Both the position numbers and the translations under genes were made by a program. Shown piece after piece: positions 11,654-21,903 of a stretch of DNA of 64,000 bases. Source of the stretch: an uncultured Gemmatimonadaceae bacterium (GTDB taxonomy: Bacteria; Gemmatimonadota; Gemmatimonadetes; Gemmatimonadales; Gemmatimonadaceae); the NCBI GenBank assembly GCA_963843845.1, contig CAWJMB010000002.1, forward strand, positions 576,001 through 640,000, read 5' to 3'. Positions within the stretch are counted from its first letter, which is position 1. Each line of letters begins with the position of its first letter. A model generated the notes under the pieces. It saw only the letters and a program-made list of their open reading frames with translations, searched no databases and was not told the DNA's origin.

Positions 11654-13244
11654 TTACCGCGCCGGGCGGGCCGCGCTCTGCGCGAGCGTGAACAGATCCT
11701 TCTGCGTCTGCCCACTCTTGAGCAGGTCGAGCGCGCGCAGCAACTGCGTATCGTCCTTGAGGCGATGACGCACCGCGGTCGTATCGCCCAACGCGATCTG
11801 CGCGATCCGCAGCTCGAGTGCGCGGTCGATGTACGCGCGCCCGGCGTCCCATGTCGCGCGGTCGATGTTGGCCTTCGCCGCCTGGAGCTTCGTCCACAGC
11901 TCCTCACGCCACTGCGGCTGCACGGTGAAGTTCTGCGGCAGCGTTCCCTTGAGCGAGAAGCCGAGTTCCGTGATCGAGCGCGCGAAGTCGGGGGCATGCG
12001 GGACGATCGCCTCGGGCGAGCGTCTGCTCGGCCGTCGTCATCGTGTCCGGCCGGACGACGACGTCGGGGGTGATCGCACCGCCGCCGTAGACGACTCGGC
12101 CCGCGTCGCTGCGGAAGGTCGGCCGAGCCTTCTTCGCCGAGTCGCTCTCGAGCGAGTCGGGGTGCGTCTCGACGAACTGGCCGTCGATCAGCTTGCGCTC
12201 CTTCTGGATCGACCGGCCGCTCGGCGTATACCACTTCGCGGTCGTCATCTTGAGCGCGTAGCCGCCGTCGAGCGGGAAGACGGTCTGCACGAGTCCCTTG
12301 CCGTACGACGTCGTGCCGACGACGAGCGCGCGGTCGTGGTCCTGCAGCGCGCCCGCGACGATCTCGGATGCGCTGGCCGAGCCGCCGTTCACGAGCACGA
12401 CGAGCGGGATCGTCGGGGCGATCGGGTTCTGCGTCGCCGAGAAGCCCTGCCCCTCGCCGCCGCGGTCGCGCACGGAGAGGATCGGCTGCCCGCGGCGCAG
12501 GAACAGGTTGCTCATCTCGATCGCCTGCTCGAGGATGCCGCCCGGGTTGTCGCGCAGGTCGATGACGACGCTCTTCGCCCCCTTCGCCTCGAGCGCCTTG
12601 ATCGCCGCCGACACGTCGCTCGACGTCTGCTCGCTGAACCGGTCGACCGGGATGTAGCCGATCGAGTTGTTCTCGAACGCCATCGAGAAGCGCACCGCCG
12701 GCACCTGGATCGGGCGGCGCGTGAACGTGTCGGTGATGAGCGCCGCGACGCCCGGGCGCTGGAACGACACCTTCACCTTCGTGCCCGGCGCGCCGATGAG
12801 GAGGTTCTGCACCTGCGTCGTCTTGAAGTTGCGCGTCGAGGCGGTGTCGATCTGGACGATGCGGTCGCCCTCCTCGATGCCGGCCTCTTCGGCCGGCGTG
12901 TTGTGGAACACGCGGGCGACGGTGACCCACCCGCTCTGCTCGGTGATCTCCATCCCGAGCCCGGCGTAGCGGCCGCTCGTGTTGCGCGAGAACTCCTCGA
13001 TCTGCTTCGGCGTGAAGAGCTCGGTGTACGGGTCCTCGAGCTCGCGCACGAGGCCGCGCGCCGCCTTCTCGTAGAGCGTCGGGGCCTGCACCGTGTCGAC
13101 GAAACGGTTCGCGACGAGGTCCATGACCTGCCCGAGCAGTTGCGGACCACCGGTGCGTGCGCGCGATTGCAGCATCCAGCCGCCCGCGAACAGTGGCACG
13201 GCGCCGAGGGTGACGAGCGTGAGGGTCCGGCGCGTGAATCGCAT
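11654..13244 (-). CDS. S41 family carboxyl-terminal processing protease with PDZ (frameshift near 12010)
   Basis: DLRDNPGG, GSASASEIVAGALQD, GTTSYGKGLVQ, TTAKWYTPSGRSIQ. Confidence 0.93.
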
Positions 13245-13295
13245 GGGAGCGGTGCGGATGTTTGTTGAAACGGCGACTGATGGTGGTACTGACGC

Positions 13296-13499
13296 CTAGC
13301 GCCCATGTTCCGTTGCGGAACGCGTGCCGGGCGGTCCGTCCTCGGCGCCGAGCGCGAGGACCTCGCGCCAGGTGAGCGCGCGGCCGATCCGGAAGCGTTT
13401 CGCGGTGACTCTGATACCGTGCGGGCTGATCGTGACGGTGTGCGGCTCGCCGTCGATGAGGAGCTCGCGCTTGAGCGTGCGGGTCAGTGGAAGCGGCAT
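13296..13499 (-). CDS. Small hypothetical protein (67 aa)
   Basis: GGAG upstream of ATG. Plausible beta-rich sequence MPLPLTRTLKRELLIDGEPHTVTISPHGIRVT. Confidence 0.6.
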   Translation of the reverse strand: MPLPLTRTLKRELLIDGEPHTVTISPHGIRVTAKRFRIGRALTWREVLALGAEDGPPGTRSATEHGR

Positions 13500-13547
13500 C
13501 TGGCTCCGGTCAGGGCGCGGTGGACTTCGTCGGTGCGGCTCGCCCTC

Positions 13548-14388
13548 TCAGCTCTTCCACGCATACTCCACCCACCACTCGCGTCCTTCCTGACGGAAGC
13601 TGGCTCCTCGCACGACCCCGGCCCCGAGGAGCATCTCGTGCGCGGGCTGCAACACGCGCTGCAGGTGCGACGGGTAGCGCTGCGTGAGCGGCAGCCGCTC
13701 GGCCCACCGATCGAGGGGGGTCGACCAGGCGGCCGGCACCCTCGGGGCGGACGGCGGCGAGCAGGCGGTACAGGCGGCGCGCGACGGGCGAGGCGAGTTG
13801 CTGATAGCGCGCGACGTTCAGCGTCGAGACGTAGTCGGCGGCGATGTTCTCTCGCAGCGGCGCGGAGAGCACCACGCGCGCGTCGCCCGGCTCGTGCGCG
13901 GTGAGCGAGGGAAAGAGCGCGAGCTGTTCGCGGTCGCCGAGCCGCCGCCGCTCGATGACGACGGCGCTCAGGACCGCGAAGCGCAGCGTCGACGGCGCGC
14001 CGGTCGCGGCGTTCACCCAGACGTCGGTCGATTCGAGCGTCGTCCGCTCGAGCCGAGCGAGCGCGGCGCGGAGCTGCTCGTACGTGCGGCCGTCCGCCTT
14101 GCGCCCCATCGAGCGCAGAAAGGAATGCAGCGTGAAGCTGAGCGCGCCGTCGTCGGGGCACCCCGCTTCGGAGAAGCGGTGCAGCAGCTCGACATAGACG
14201 TCCTGGTCGAACGTCCCGGGCAGCCGGTCGCCCGGCGCCGGCAGCACGCGCCACCGCCCGCCACTCGGCGGCGTGAACTGCAGGGCGCCGTCGTCGGCCG
14301 AATCGCTCAGACGGAACAGCGGCAGCACCTCCAGCGCGCGATCGAGGACGATCGACGCGGTCGCAGGACGGCGCGCGGTGGTGGACAT
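13548..14388 (-). CDS. Plasmid-type replication initiator protein (RPA/TrfA-like winged helix), frameshift near 13735
   Basis: LPLFRLS, LPGTFDQDVYVELL, FTLHSFLRSMGRKADGRTYEQLRAALARLERTT, YQQLASPVARRLYRLL, LQRVLQPAHEML. This motif order matches replication initiator protein A family members. Recognised by eye, no HMM run. Confidence 0.75.
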
Positions 14389-14492
14389 GGCGTAACGGAT
14401 AACTCCGCGGACTGGGAGCGCGGAACCGTAGCGCTCCCGAACCGCGGCGCCGCCGCGCGTCGCCCCATCGCCACGATCGCGACGCTGTCCCG

Positions 14493-15185
14493 TCAGCCGA
14501 GTCGGATGATCTCGCCCGAGATGGGGCGAGATTCCGGGGAGGCGAGCCAGCGCACCGTGCGTGCGACGTCGTCGCGTTCCACGTACGACGCGCCGTCGCC
14601 CATCGCCGCGACGTTCGCCGCGGTGCGTACGGCGGCCAGGGCGACGGCGTTCGCGCGCACACCGTGCGGCTCCTCTTCCGCTGCGACGGCGCGCATGAGG
14701 GCGACGACGGCGGCTTTCGACGCGGCGTAGGCGCTCATCTCGATGGGAACGCCGCTCGGGAGCGCCGTCGGCGCGACGAGGTAGACGAGGGCGCCTCGGC
14801 GCGGGCGGAGCAGCGGGAGCAGGGCGCGCGTCGTCGCGTAGGCCGTCGTCAGGTTCAGCGCGAGCATGTGGGCGAGCACGGTCGGATCGCTGTCCCCGAC
14901 GGGTCCGCTCATCGCGAAGCCGCCGGCCGCACAGACGACCGCGTCGAGATCGCCGAGCGTGCGCGCGACGTCGTCGGCGAGTGCGGCGACGGCGCCGACG
15001 TCGGTGAGGTCGCAGGCGAATGGGTGCGCCGTCGCGCCACTGCCCCCCGCCTCACGCGCCCGCGCCGAGACATCGCCGAGCGAGCGGCCGACGACGGCGA
15101 GCGTCGCGCCGGCGTCGACGAATGCCGCGGCGAGCGCCTCGCCGATCTGACCGGCCTTGCCGACCCCGGTGATGAGGACGTTCAT
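14493..15185 (-). CDS. Short-chain dehydrogenase/reductase (SDR)
   Basis: LITGVGKAGQIG, YAASKAA catalytic motif, GVRANAV. Confidence 0.92.
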   Translation of the reverse strand: MNVLITGVGKAGQIGEALAAAFVDAGATLAVVGRSLGDVSARAREAGGSGATAHPFACDLTDVGAVAALADDVARTLGDLDAVVCAAGGFAMSGPVGDSDPTVLAHMLALNLTTAYATTRALLPLLRPRRGALVYLVAPTALPSGVPIEMSAYAASKAAVVALMRAVAAEEEPHGVRANAVALAAVRTAANVAAMGDGASYVERDDVARTVRWLASPESRPISGEIIRLG

Positions 15186-15277
15186 GCGCACAGTCTAGGG
15201 CCACCGATCTCGACACGGAACGGGCCATGCACTGGCGCGCCGCGACATGCCTGCTCCCGAGATGACGTGACCGACCG

Positions 15278-16579
15278 ATGAAAACCTGGATCAAGCGGAT
15301 CGCGACAGTCGTCGTCGTCGCGATCGTGCTGCTGTTCGCCGTCATCGGCGTGCTGTCGGTGACACGTGGGACGCCGGTCGAACGCGTGCTCGCGAAAGGC
15401 GACCCGACCGGCGCGCCGACCCCCGACGACTCACTCTTCGGGCGCACGATCGAGCTGAACACCGGCGCGGACCTCGAGCCGGGGAACGCGGTGCAGGTGC
15501 TGCAGAACGGCGACGGCACCTACCCGCGGCTGTGGGCCGACATCCGATCGTGTCGGCGCACGGTCACGGTGCAGATGTACTTCGCGAAGCCCGGCGCCGT
15601 CGCCGACACGATGTCGGCCGTGCTCCGTGCGTGTGCGCGGCGCGGCGTGCGCGTGCTCCTTCTGCTCGATGGCTTCGGCGCGCAGTCGCTGTCGGACGAG
15701 TGGCGCGACTCGCTGCGCGCCGCGAAGGTCGAAGTCGCCGAGCTGCGCCAGCTGCGCTGGTATTCGCTGCACACGGCGGCGGAGCGGTCGCACGCGCGCG
15801 TCGTCGTCGTCGACGGGCGCGTCGGCTATACCGGGGGCTTCGGGCTCGCCGACTACTGGCTCGGCAACGGCCGCAAACCGGACGAGTGGCGTGAGACGAA
15901 CGTGCGATTCGAGGGGCCCGCGGTCGCGGCGCTGCAGGCGGCGTTCGGCGCGGCGTGGGCGGAGGCGAAGGGCGAGCTGCTCACCGGCGACACGTTCTAC
16001 CCGCCGATCGCGTTCGACACGAACGGCACGGTGCGCGCGGCGCTGTTCCACGCGGTGCCATCGACGGGGAGCACGCCGGCCGAGCGCTTCCTCGCGCTCA
16101 CGATCGCCGGCGCTCGGCGCACGCTGTACATCACGAACGCGTACTTCGTCCCCGACGACGACTTTCGCAACCTGCTGACGCGCGCGGCGCGCCGCGGCGT
16201 CGACGTGCGGGTGCTGACCACCGGCCCGCAGACCGACGTGACGACGACGCTGTGGGCCGGACGGTGGCGATACGCAGAGCTGCTGCAGGCGGGCGTCCGC
16301 GTCTACGAATACCAGCCTGCGAACATGCACGCGAAGACGATCACCATCGACGGCGTCTGGGGGTCGGTCGGGTCGATGAACTTCGACAACCGCTCGCTCG
16401 CGTTCAACAACGAGACGACGCTCCTCGTGCTCGATCGGCGCATCGTGAGCGGAATGGATTCGATGTTCCTGGCCGACCTCCCGCTCGCGCACGAGATGAC
16501 GCTCGACGAGGTTCGGCGCTGGCCATGGTGGCAGCGCGCGCGCGCGGCCGCCTCCAACACGCTGTCGCGGCTGCTGTAG
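15278..16579 (+). CDS. cls: Cardiolipin synthase / phospholipase D family
   Basis: N-terminal TM. Two PLD motifs, HARVVVVDG (variant) and HAKTITIDG...GSMNFDNRS. Confidence 0.88.
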   Translation: MKTWIKRIATVVVVAIVLLFAVIGVLSVTRGTPVERVLAKGDPTGAPTPDDSLFGRTIELNTGADLEPGNAVQVLQNGDGTYPRLWADIRSCRRTVTVQMYFAKPGAVADTMSAVLRACARRGVRVLLLLDGFGAQSLSDEWRDSLRAAKVEVAELRQLRWYSLHTAAERSHARVVVVDGRVGYTGGFGLADYWLGNGRKPDEWRETNVRFEGPAVAALQAAFGAAWAEAKGELLTGDTFYPPIAFDTNGTVRAALFHAVPSTGSTPAERFLALTIAGARRTLYITNAYFVPDDDFRNLLTRAARRGVDVRVLTTGPQTDVTTTLWAGRWRYAELLQAGVRVYEYQPANMHAKTITIDGVWGSVGSMNFDNRSLAFNNETTLLVLDRRIVSGMDSMFLADLPLAHEMTLDEVRRWPWWQRARAAASNTLSRLL

Positions 16580-16851
16580 ACGACGCTCCGCCCGATCCGC
16601 GCGTGACGGAGGGCGCTCGGTCGGGGCGGCTCGGCGGCGGAGGTGGGACGGTCGTGTGACGCACGGTCGCGAAGGTGACGCTCCGCCGACGGCACAGCGG
16701 AGCGTGCGAAGGTGCGCCCCGTCGCCGTTCGTCTCACACGCCGGAGCGTCGGTTCATGCACGCCCTCATGCTCGAGTCCCTCCTGCCGCGCGCGCACGGT
16801 GCGCCAGAACGCGCCCTGGCCCGTGTCGAAGCCGGTCAATATCCTACCGGC

Positions 16852-17397
16852 ATGGCTGAGTCCCCCGTCCAACTGCTGCGCCTTCACGCGCGGCACGCGC
16901 CGTTCAATGCTCGCGGGCTCGCCGCGCACGCCACCGCCCTCGTCGACGCCGCCGGCCTGCGCCCCACGAACGCCTCCGCCCGCGCGGCGCCGAGCGCGCG
17001 GTCGGTGCGATTCTACGTGTCGAACCGGCTGCTCGACCGTCCCGAGGGAACGGGGACGTCGGCGACGTACGGCTATCGGCATCTGCTGCAACTGCTGGCG
17101 ATCAAGATCCGGCAGCGCGAAGGGCAGACGCTCGAAGCGATCAAGGGCGAGATGCGCGACGTCGGCGGCGACACGCTCGAGCGCCGCGTCGCGACGTCGC
17201 TCGCCCCGGCGTTGGGCGTCAGCGACGGCGCGGCGCTCGCGCGTCGCAGCGAGGAGGGGCCGGCGACGTGGCGCCGGCTGCCGGTCGCGGACGGGATCGA
17301 GCTGCACGTGCGCGAGGACTCGGCGCACGCGACGGAAGAGGTGCTCGTGGCGATGCGCGAGGCGGTGAGGGCGGCGCTCGGGCGGTTGACGCCTTGA
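16852..17397 (+). CDS. MerR-like HTH transcriptional regulator
   Basis: RSVRFYVSNRLLDRPEG...YGYRHLLQLLAIKIRQREGQTLEAI, C-terminal WRRLPVADGIELHV. Confidence 0.8.
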   Translation: MAESPVQLLRLHARHAPFNARGLAAHATALVDAAGLRPTNASARAAPSARSVRFYVSNRLLDRPEGTGTSATYGYRHLLQLLAIKIRQREGQTLEAIKGEMRDVGGDTLERRVATSLAPALGVSDGAALARRSEEGPATWRRLPVADGIELHVREDSAHATEEVLVAMREAVRAALGRLTP

Positions 17398-17538
17398 CCG
17401 TTCGTTCGTAGTCGACGGCGTGGGCGATACGGCACGGTCGATCCCCGGGGACCGCGCCGGTGATGCGACGCTGACGACGCGGCGCCGACGAGACGGCGGG
17501 GCGTCGCGAGCCGCCGTCGCGATCGACGGAATGAGTCG

Positions 17539-18258
17539 ATGCCGCTGATCCGCGCGGCGAAGATCCCAGCGCTCGAGCGGCTGTACGCCGCGTACGGGCG
17601 TCGGCTGCTGCGCCGCTCGTTCGCTCGGATCGCCTGCGGCGGATCCGAATGGCCCGGCGGCGACGGCCCGGCGATCGGGTTCCTGAATCACGCCGCGTGG
17701 TGGGACCCGATCCTCGCCGTGTTTCTCTCGCATCACGTGTTCGGGCGCGACGGGTACGGCATCATGCAGGGTGCGCAGCTCGTCGCGCACCCGTTCTTCC
17801 GGCGCGTCGGCTGCTTCGGGATCACCGACAGCACGTCGGTCGACGAGGTGCGGCAGCTGGCGGAGTACGCTCGTGAGCTGCTGAACGGCGGCGCGCGGCG
17901 AACGCTGTGGATCTTCCCGCAAGGCGAGCTGCTTCCGAGCCGGACGCCTCTCGCATTCCGGTCCGGGCTCGCGCGGCTGGCGCGGGCCGTCCCCGACGCG
18001 CCGCTCGTGCCGATCGCGGTGCGCTACGAGCTGGGGGCCGCGCAGTGGCCGGAGATCGTGCTGCGCGTCGGGGCATCGGTGCGGGCGCGCGACGTCGCGG
18101 GCGGGGCGGGGGCGCTCACACGCGTGCTCGCGCAGTCGCTGACGTCGACGCTGACCGCGCTCGACGACGACCTGCTGCGCGGGGCGACGGGGAGCTACCG
18201 CTCCGTGCTCGTCGGGCGGCGGTCGATCTCGGAGCGGTGGCGGGCGGACCGCCGGTGA
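17539..18258 (+). CDS. Lysophospholipid acyltransferase (PlsC-like)
   Basis: NHAAWWD and IFPQG motifs. Confidence 0.88.
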   Translation: MPLIRAAKIPALERLYAAYGRRLLRRSFARIACGGSEWPGGDGPAIGFLNHAAWWDPILAVFLSHHVFGRDGYGIMQGAQLVAHPFFRRVGCFGITDSTSVDEVRQLAEYARELLNGGARRTLWIFPQGELLPSRTPLAFRSGLARLARAVPDAPLVPIAVRYELGAAQWPEIVLRVGASVRARDVAGGAGALTRVLAQSLTSTLTALDDDLLRGATGSYRSVLVGRRSISERWRADRR

Positions 18259-18400
18259 CTGCGGCGAACCGTATCACCACGGTTCCCGGCGGTGCCCGGC
18301 GGTTCGAACCGCGCCGCGCCCCGTTCGCTAGGCCGCTCCACCCCCCACCTCACACAGACCACGACCCCTGGGGTGGAAACGGCGCTAGCGAATGGACTCG

Positions 18401-18832
18401 TCAGGCGGTCGCCTCTTCGGCAGCGTCGGAGAGTGCCGTCGGAACGCCGCTCGCCGCGGCGAGCGTCGCGATGACGGCGAGGTCGACCGGTTTCTCGAGG
18501 AAGTGCGTCGCGCCGAGCCGGACGCAGGCGCATCGGTTGTCGTCGTCCGGGTACGCGGTGAGGACGATCACCGTCGCGTCCGGCGAGAGCAGCCCCGACA
18601 CTGCCATCACTTGCAAGCCACCGTCGCGACGCCCGCCGAGTCGCAGGTCGGTGACGATGAGATCGTACTCGCGGTCGGTGAGCGCCGCCTTCGCCTCGTC
18701 GAGCGTCGCGGCCGTCGCGATGTCGGTCCCGTCGACCTCGAACAGCTCGGCCAGAACGTCGCGGATGCCCTGCTCGTCCTCGACGAGGAGGACGGCGCGG
18801 TGGGCGGAGGCTGAGAGGGGAGACGAGGACAC
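18401..18832 (-). CDS. Single-domain response regulator receiver
   Basis: VLLVEDEQGIR, DLIVTDLRL, VLTAY, FLEKPVD. Start codon (GTG 18832) uncertain. Confidence 0.85.
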   Translation of the reverse strand: MSSSPLSASAHRAVLLVEDEQGIRDVLAELFEVDGTDIATAATLDEAKAALTDREYDLIVTDLRLGGRRDGGLQVMAVSGLLSPDATVIVLTAYPDDDNRCACVRLGATHFLEKPVDLAVIATLAAASGVPTALSDAAEEATA

Positions 18833-18845
18833 GCCGCCGCAACAG

Positions 18846-18860
18846 GCGAGAGGCGCGCCA
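18846..18860 (-). promoter_or_regulatory. Possible sigma-54 (-24/-12) promoter
   Basis: Minus-strand TGGCGCGCCTCTCGC has GG-N10-GC spacing and lies just downstream of an NtrC-type activator gene. Imperfect match in GC-rich DNA. Confidence 0.3.
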
Positions 18861-18990
18861 CCGTCGCTCTCCCCCGAAGATGGTGCGGGGTAAGGACTTA
18901 CGCTTCTCGTGCGCGCCTGGTCGGTGTACGGAGACCGGACAGGCGGACCGATGCTGTCCGATTCCCGGTCATCGGCTCGCCACGCTCTCG

Positions 18991-20328
18991 TCAGCCCCCT
19001 CGACGCAGCTTCTCCGAGAGCGTCGACCGCGCGATGCCGAGCACGGCGGCGGCGCGCACCTTGTTGCCGGCGGTGTGCGAGAGCGCCGCGTCGATCGCGC
19101 GTCGCTCTGCCTCTTCGAGCGACACGACCTCGCCGGCGGCCGCCACGGTCGCGGTGGCGGGCACGGCGGGGCGAAGGGGGGCGCCCAACGCGAGGTGCTC
19201 GGGGGCGATGCAGCCGCCGTCGGCGAGGATGCTGGCGCGCCAGAGCGCGTTCTTCAGCTCGCGGATGTTGCCCGGCCAGTCGTAGGTCCGGATCGCGGAG
19301 ATGGCCGCTTCGGAGAGCCGCGCGCCACGCGGCACGAGCCCGCGTGCCAGGATCGGGATCTCGTCGCGACGGGCGCGCAGTGGCGGCAACTCGATCGTCA
19401 GGACCTGGAGGCGGTAGTACAGATCCGGGCGGAAGCGCCGCGACTCGACGGCCTCGGCGAGCGGAACGTGGGTCGCGACGATGACGCGCGCCTCGCTCGT
19501 CAACGTCGCCGTTCCACCGAGCCGGCGGAACGTGCGGTCCTCGATGACCTTCAGCAGCTTCGGCTGCACCTCGCTCGCCAGCTCGGCGATCTCGTCGAGG
19601 AAGACCGAGCCGCGGCCGGCGACGTCGAGCAGGCCGCGCTTCGCCTGCTTCGCGTCGGTGAACGCCCCTTTCTCGTGGCCGAACAGCTCCGATTCGAAGA
19701 ACGTCGCCGAGAGCGACGCGCAGTTCACCTCGACGAACGGGGCGCCGCGACGCGGCGACATCTCGTGGATGCGGCGCACGACGTACCCTTTCCCCGTGCC
19801 GGTCTCGCCGGTCACGAGCACCGGCGCGTCGTCGTTGCGCGCCGCGAGCTCGATCAGCCGATCGAGCGACGGCGCGATCGACGGCGCGAGCTGCGCCGGC
19901 GCGCGGTCGATCCACAGCTCGTCCGCCTCGCGCGCCCGCAGCACGCTCAGCTCCGCCCGCATCCTGCCGAGTGACGCGGCGCGTTGTACGGCGGCGTCGA
20001 GCGCGTCGAGCGCGATCGGCTTCTCCAGGAAGTCCGCGGCGCCCTCGCGCATCGCGCGCACGGCGGTCGCGACGTCGGCGTGGCCGGTGAGGAAGATGAC
20101 GGCGACCTCGGGGTGATCGGCGCGCAACGCTTCGAGCAGCACGAGACCGCTCGCGTCGGGAAGCCGCAGATCGACGAGCGCCACGTCGGGCGAATGCGCT
20201 GCAGCGACGCGACGGGCTTCGGATCCTGACTCCGCAGTCCGCACGACGTGACCCTGGTCGGCGAAGAAATCGCCGAGCGTCTCGCGAATCGTCGCGTCGT
20301 CGTCGACGACGAGCACAGACAGCGTCAT
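18991..20328 (-). CDS. Sigma-54-dependent NtrC-family response regulator (REC-AAA+-Fis HTH)
   Basis: GETGTGKG, ESELFGHEKGAFTDA, FLDEI, WPGNIRELKN, GNKVRAAAVLGIARSTL. Confidence 0.95.
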   Translation of the reverse strand: MTLSVLVVDDDATIRETLGDFFADQGHVVRTAESGSEARRVAAAHSPDVALVDLRLPDASGLVLLEALRADHPEVAVIFLTGHADVATAVRAMREGAADFLEKPIALDALDAAVQRAASLGRMRAELSVLRAREADELWIDRAPAQLAPSIAPSLDRLIELAARNDDAPVLVTGETGTGKGYVVRRIHEMSPRRGAPFVEVNCASLSATFFESELFGHEKGAFTDAKQAKRGLLDVAGRGSVFLDEIAELASEVQPKLLKVIEDRTFRRLGGTATLTSEARVIVATHVPLAEAVESRRFRPDLYYRLQVLTIELPPLRARRDEIPILARGLVPRGARLSEAAISAIRTYDWPGNIRELKNALWRASILADGGCIAPEHLALGAPLRPAVPATATVAAAGEVVSLEEAERRAIDAALSHTAGNKVRAAAVLGIARSTLSEKLRRGG

Positions 20329-20352
20329 GGCGGCGGCGTCATGGCGGCGGCG

Positions 20353-21885
20353 TCATGCGGCCGCGGGGAGGGTGATCGTGAGCGTGGTGCCGACGCCGGC
20401 ATCCGACTCGAGCGCGATCGTGCCGCCATGCTCGTCGACGATGCGCTGACAGAGCGCGAGACCGATCCCCGTGCCCCCGGGCTTCGTCGAGTAGAAGATC
20501 TCGAACGCGCGCGGGAGCGACTCAGCGGGGATCGGAGGGCCGCCGTTGCGGAGGCGACAGCGCCACGCCCCGCTCGGCAGGAGGCACGACGCCAGCGACA
20601 GATCGGTCGCCTCGGGGGCGGCGTCGACGGCGTTCACGAGCACGTTCAGGAACACCTGCGCGAGCTGCTCCGGGTCGACGAGACACTTCGTGGGCGCCGC
20701 GGCGCGCTCGCGCTGCAGGAGGAGCGACTTGCTCTCGAGCTGTCCGCGCTGGCCGTCGAGCACATCGTCCCAGACCGCGTCCGGGTCGGCCGAGACGAGG
20801 CGCGGCACGCTCGGGCGGCCGTAGTCGAGGAGCGCCGTCACCATGCGGTTCAGCCGCTCGACCTCGCGCAGAATCCGGCCGACGTTCTTCTCGACGACCG
20901 GGTCCTCGCGCACGCGGAAGCGCAGGAGCTGCGCCGCCGACGAGATGCCGAAGAGCGGGTTGCGGAGTTCGTGTGCGACGCCGGCCGAGACTTCGCCGAT
21001 CGCCTCGAGGCGACGCTTCTGTTCGACGCGGCGCACGAGCTCGGCGCGCTCGATGGCGGCCGCCGTCTGCGCGGCGACGGTGCCTAACACACGCGTCGCT
21101 TCGTCGAGCCGATCGGGGCTCTCGATCCCGTCGGCGAGCACGGTCATGACGGCGATGATCCCTTCCGGACTGGCGAGCGGCGCCGTCAGCTCGAGCCCGA
21201 CCGGCGAGTGCGCCACGATGACGCGACCGTTCGCGAGCGCGTGGAGCCACGTCGCGGTGAGTCGCGCCTCGAGCGCGGCGCTCTCCTCGCCTTCGTAGCC
21301 CGTGGCGTAGGCGACGCGGAGCGCGGCGCTGTCGTCGTCGGCTTTGGCCAGGCAGAACGCGGTCGCGCCGACGGCGCGTCGCAACTGCGCGGCGACTTCG
21401 CGGTAGACCCGCTCGTGGTCGATCGTCCGGGAGAGCGCGATCCCGGTGTCGATCAGCGCCTCGCGCGACTCGTGGCTCGGCGTCACGTCGACGCTGGCGA
21501 AGACGTAGCCGGTGACGGCGTGCGTGGCGTCGTCGTGCAGCGGGGTCACGTGCATCACACTCACGCGGCGATCCCCCTCGGCGACCGGCGTCGACCACTC
21601 CCACGAGACGATCGGGACGCGCCCGGCGCGCAGCAGCGCCATCGCCCGCGACACGTGCTCACGATCGCCGGTCGCCGCGACGATCTCGTGGATCGACTCG
21701 GCGTCGACGGGGCGGTTCGCGCTCGTGATCCGGCCGTCGAGATCGGCCGTGTAGATCGCGAACGGCAGCGCGTCGATCGCGGCCCGCTCGAGCGAGGCGG
21801 TGTGCATGGCGGCCGATGCGGGGCAGAGTGGAGAGCGTGCGGCGGAGACGCGAGACGGCGACGCCCGGGTGAGCGCCGCCGTCAC
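20353..21885 (-). CDS. Sensor histidine kinase (PAS/GAF-HisKA-HATPase)
   Basis: GVAHELRNPL, QVFLNVLVNAVDA, FYSTKPGGTGIGLAL. Start may be ATG 21807. Confidence 0.93.
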   Translation of the reverse strand: MTAALTRASPSRVSAARSPLCPASAAMHTASLERAAIDALPFAIYTADLDGRITSANRPVDAESIHEIVAATGDREHVSRAMALLRAGRVPIVSWEWSTPVAEGDRRVSVMHVTPLHDDATHAVTGYVFASVDVTPSHESREALIDTGIALSRTIDHERVYREVAAQLRRAVGATAFCLAKADDDSAALRVAYATGYEGEESAALEARLTATWLHALANGRVIVAHSPVGLELTAPLASPEGIIAVMTVLADGIESPDRLDEATRVLGTVAAQTAAAIERAELVRRVEQKRRLEAIGEVSAGVAHELRNPLFGISSAAQLLRFRVREDPVVEKNVGRILREVERLNRMVTALLDYGRPSVPRLVSADPDAVWDDVLDGQRGQLESKSLLLQRERAAAPTKCLVDPEQLAQVFLNVLVNAVDAAPEATDLSLASCLLPSGAWRCRLRNGGPPIPAESLPRAFEIFYSTKPGGTGIGLALCQRIVDEHGGTIALESDAGVGTTLTITLPAAA

Positions 21886-21903
21886 CTGTCATGCGCCGTG
21901 CCG

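Noticed and set aside
13500..14490. Integrated plasmid or prophage around the Rep gene
   Set aside because: No integrase, att-like repeats, iterons, partition or transfer genes seen, and the flanks are ordinary chromosomal genes.
19650..19680. GAFTDA instead of GAFTGA in the NtrC-family activator, and RTGGL instead of KTGGL in GlgA
   Set aside because: Conservative variants of the kind seen in natural homologs, so not enough alone to claim a new function.
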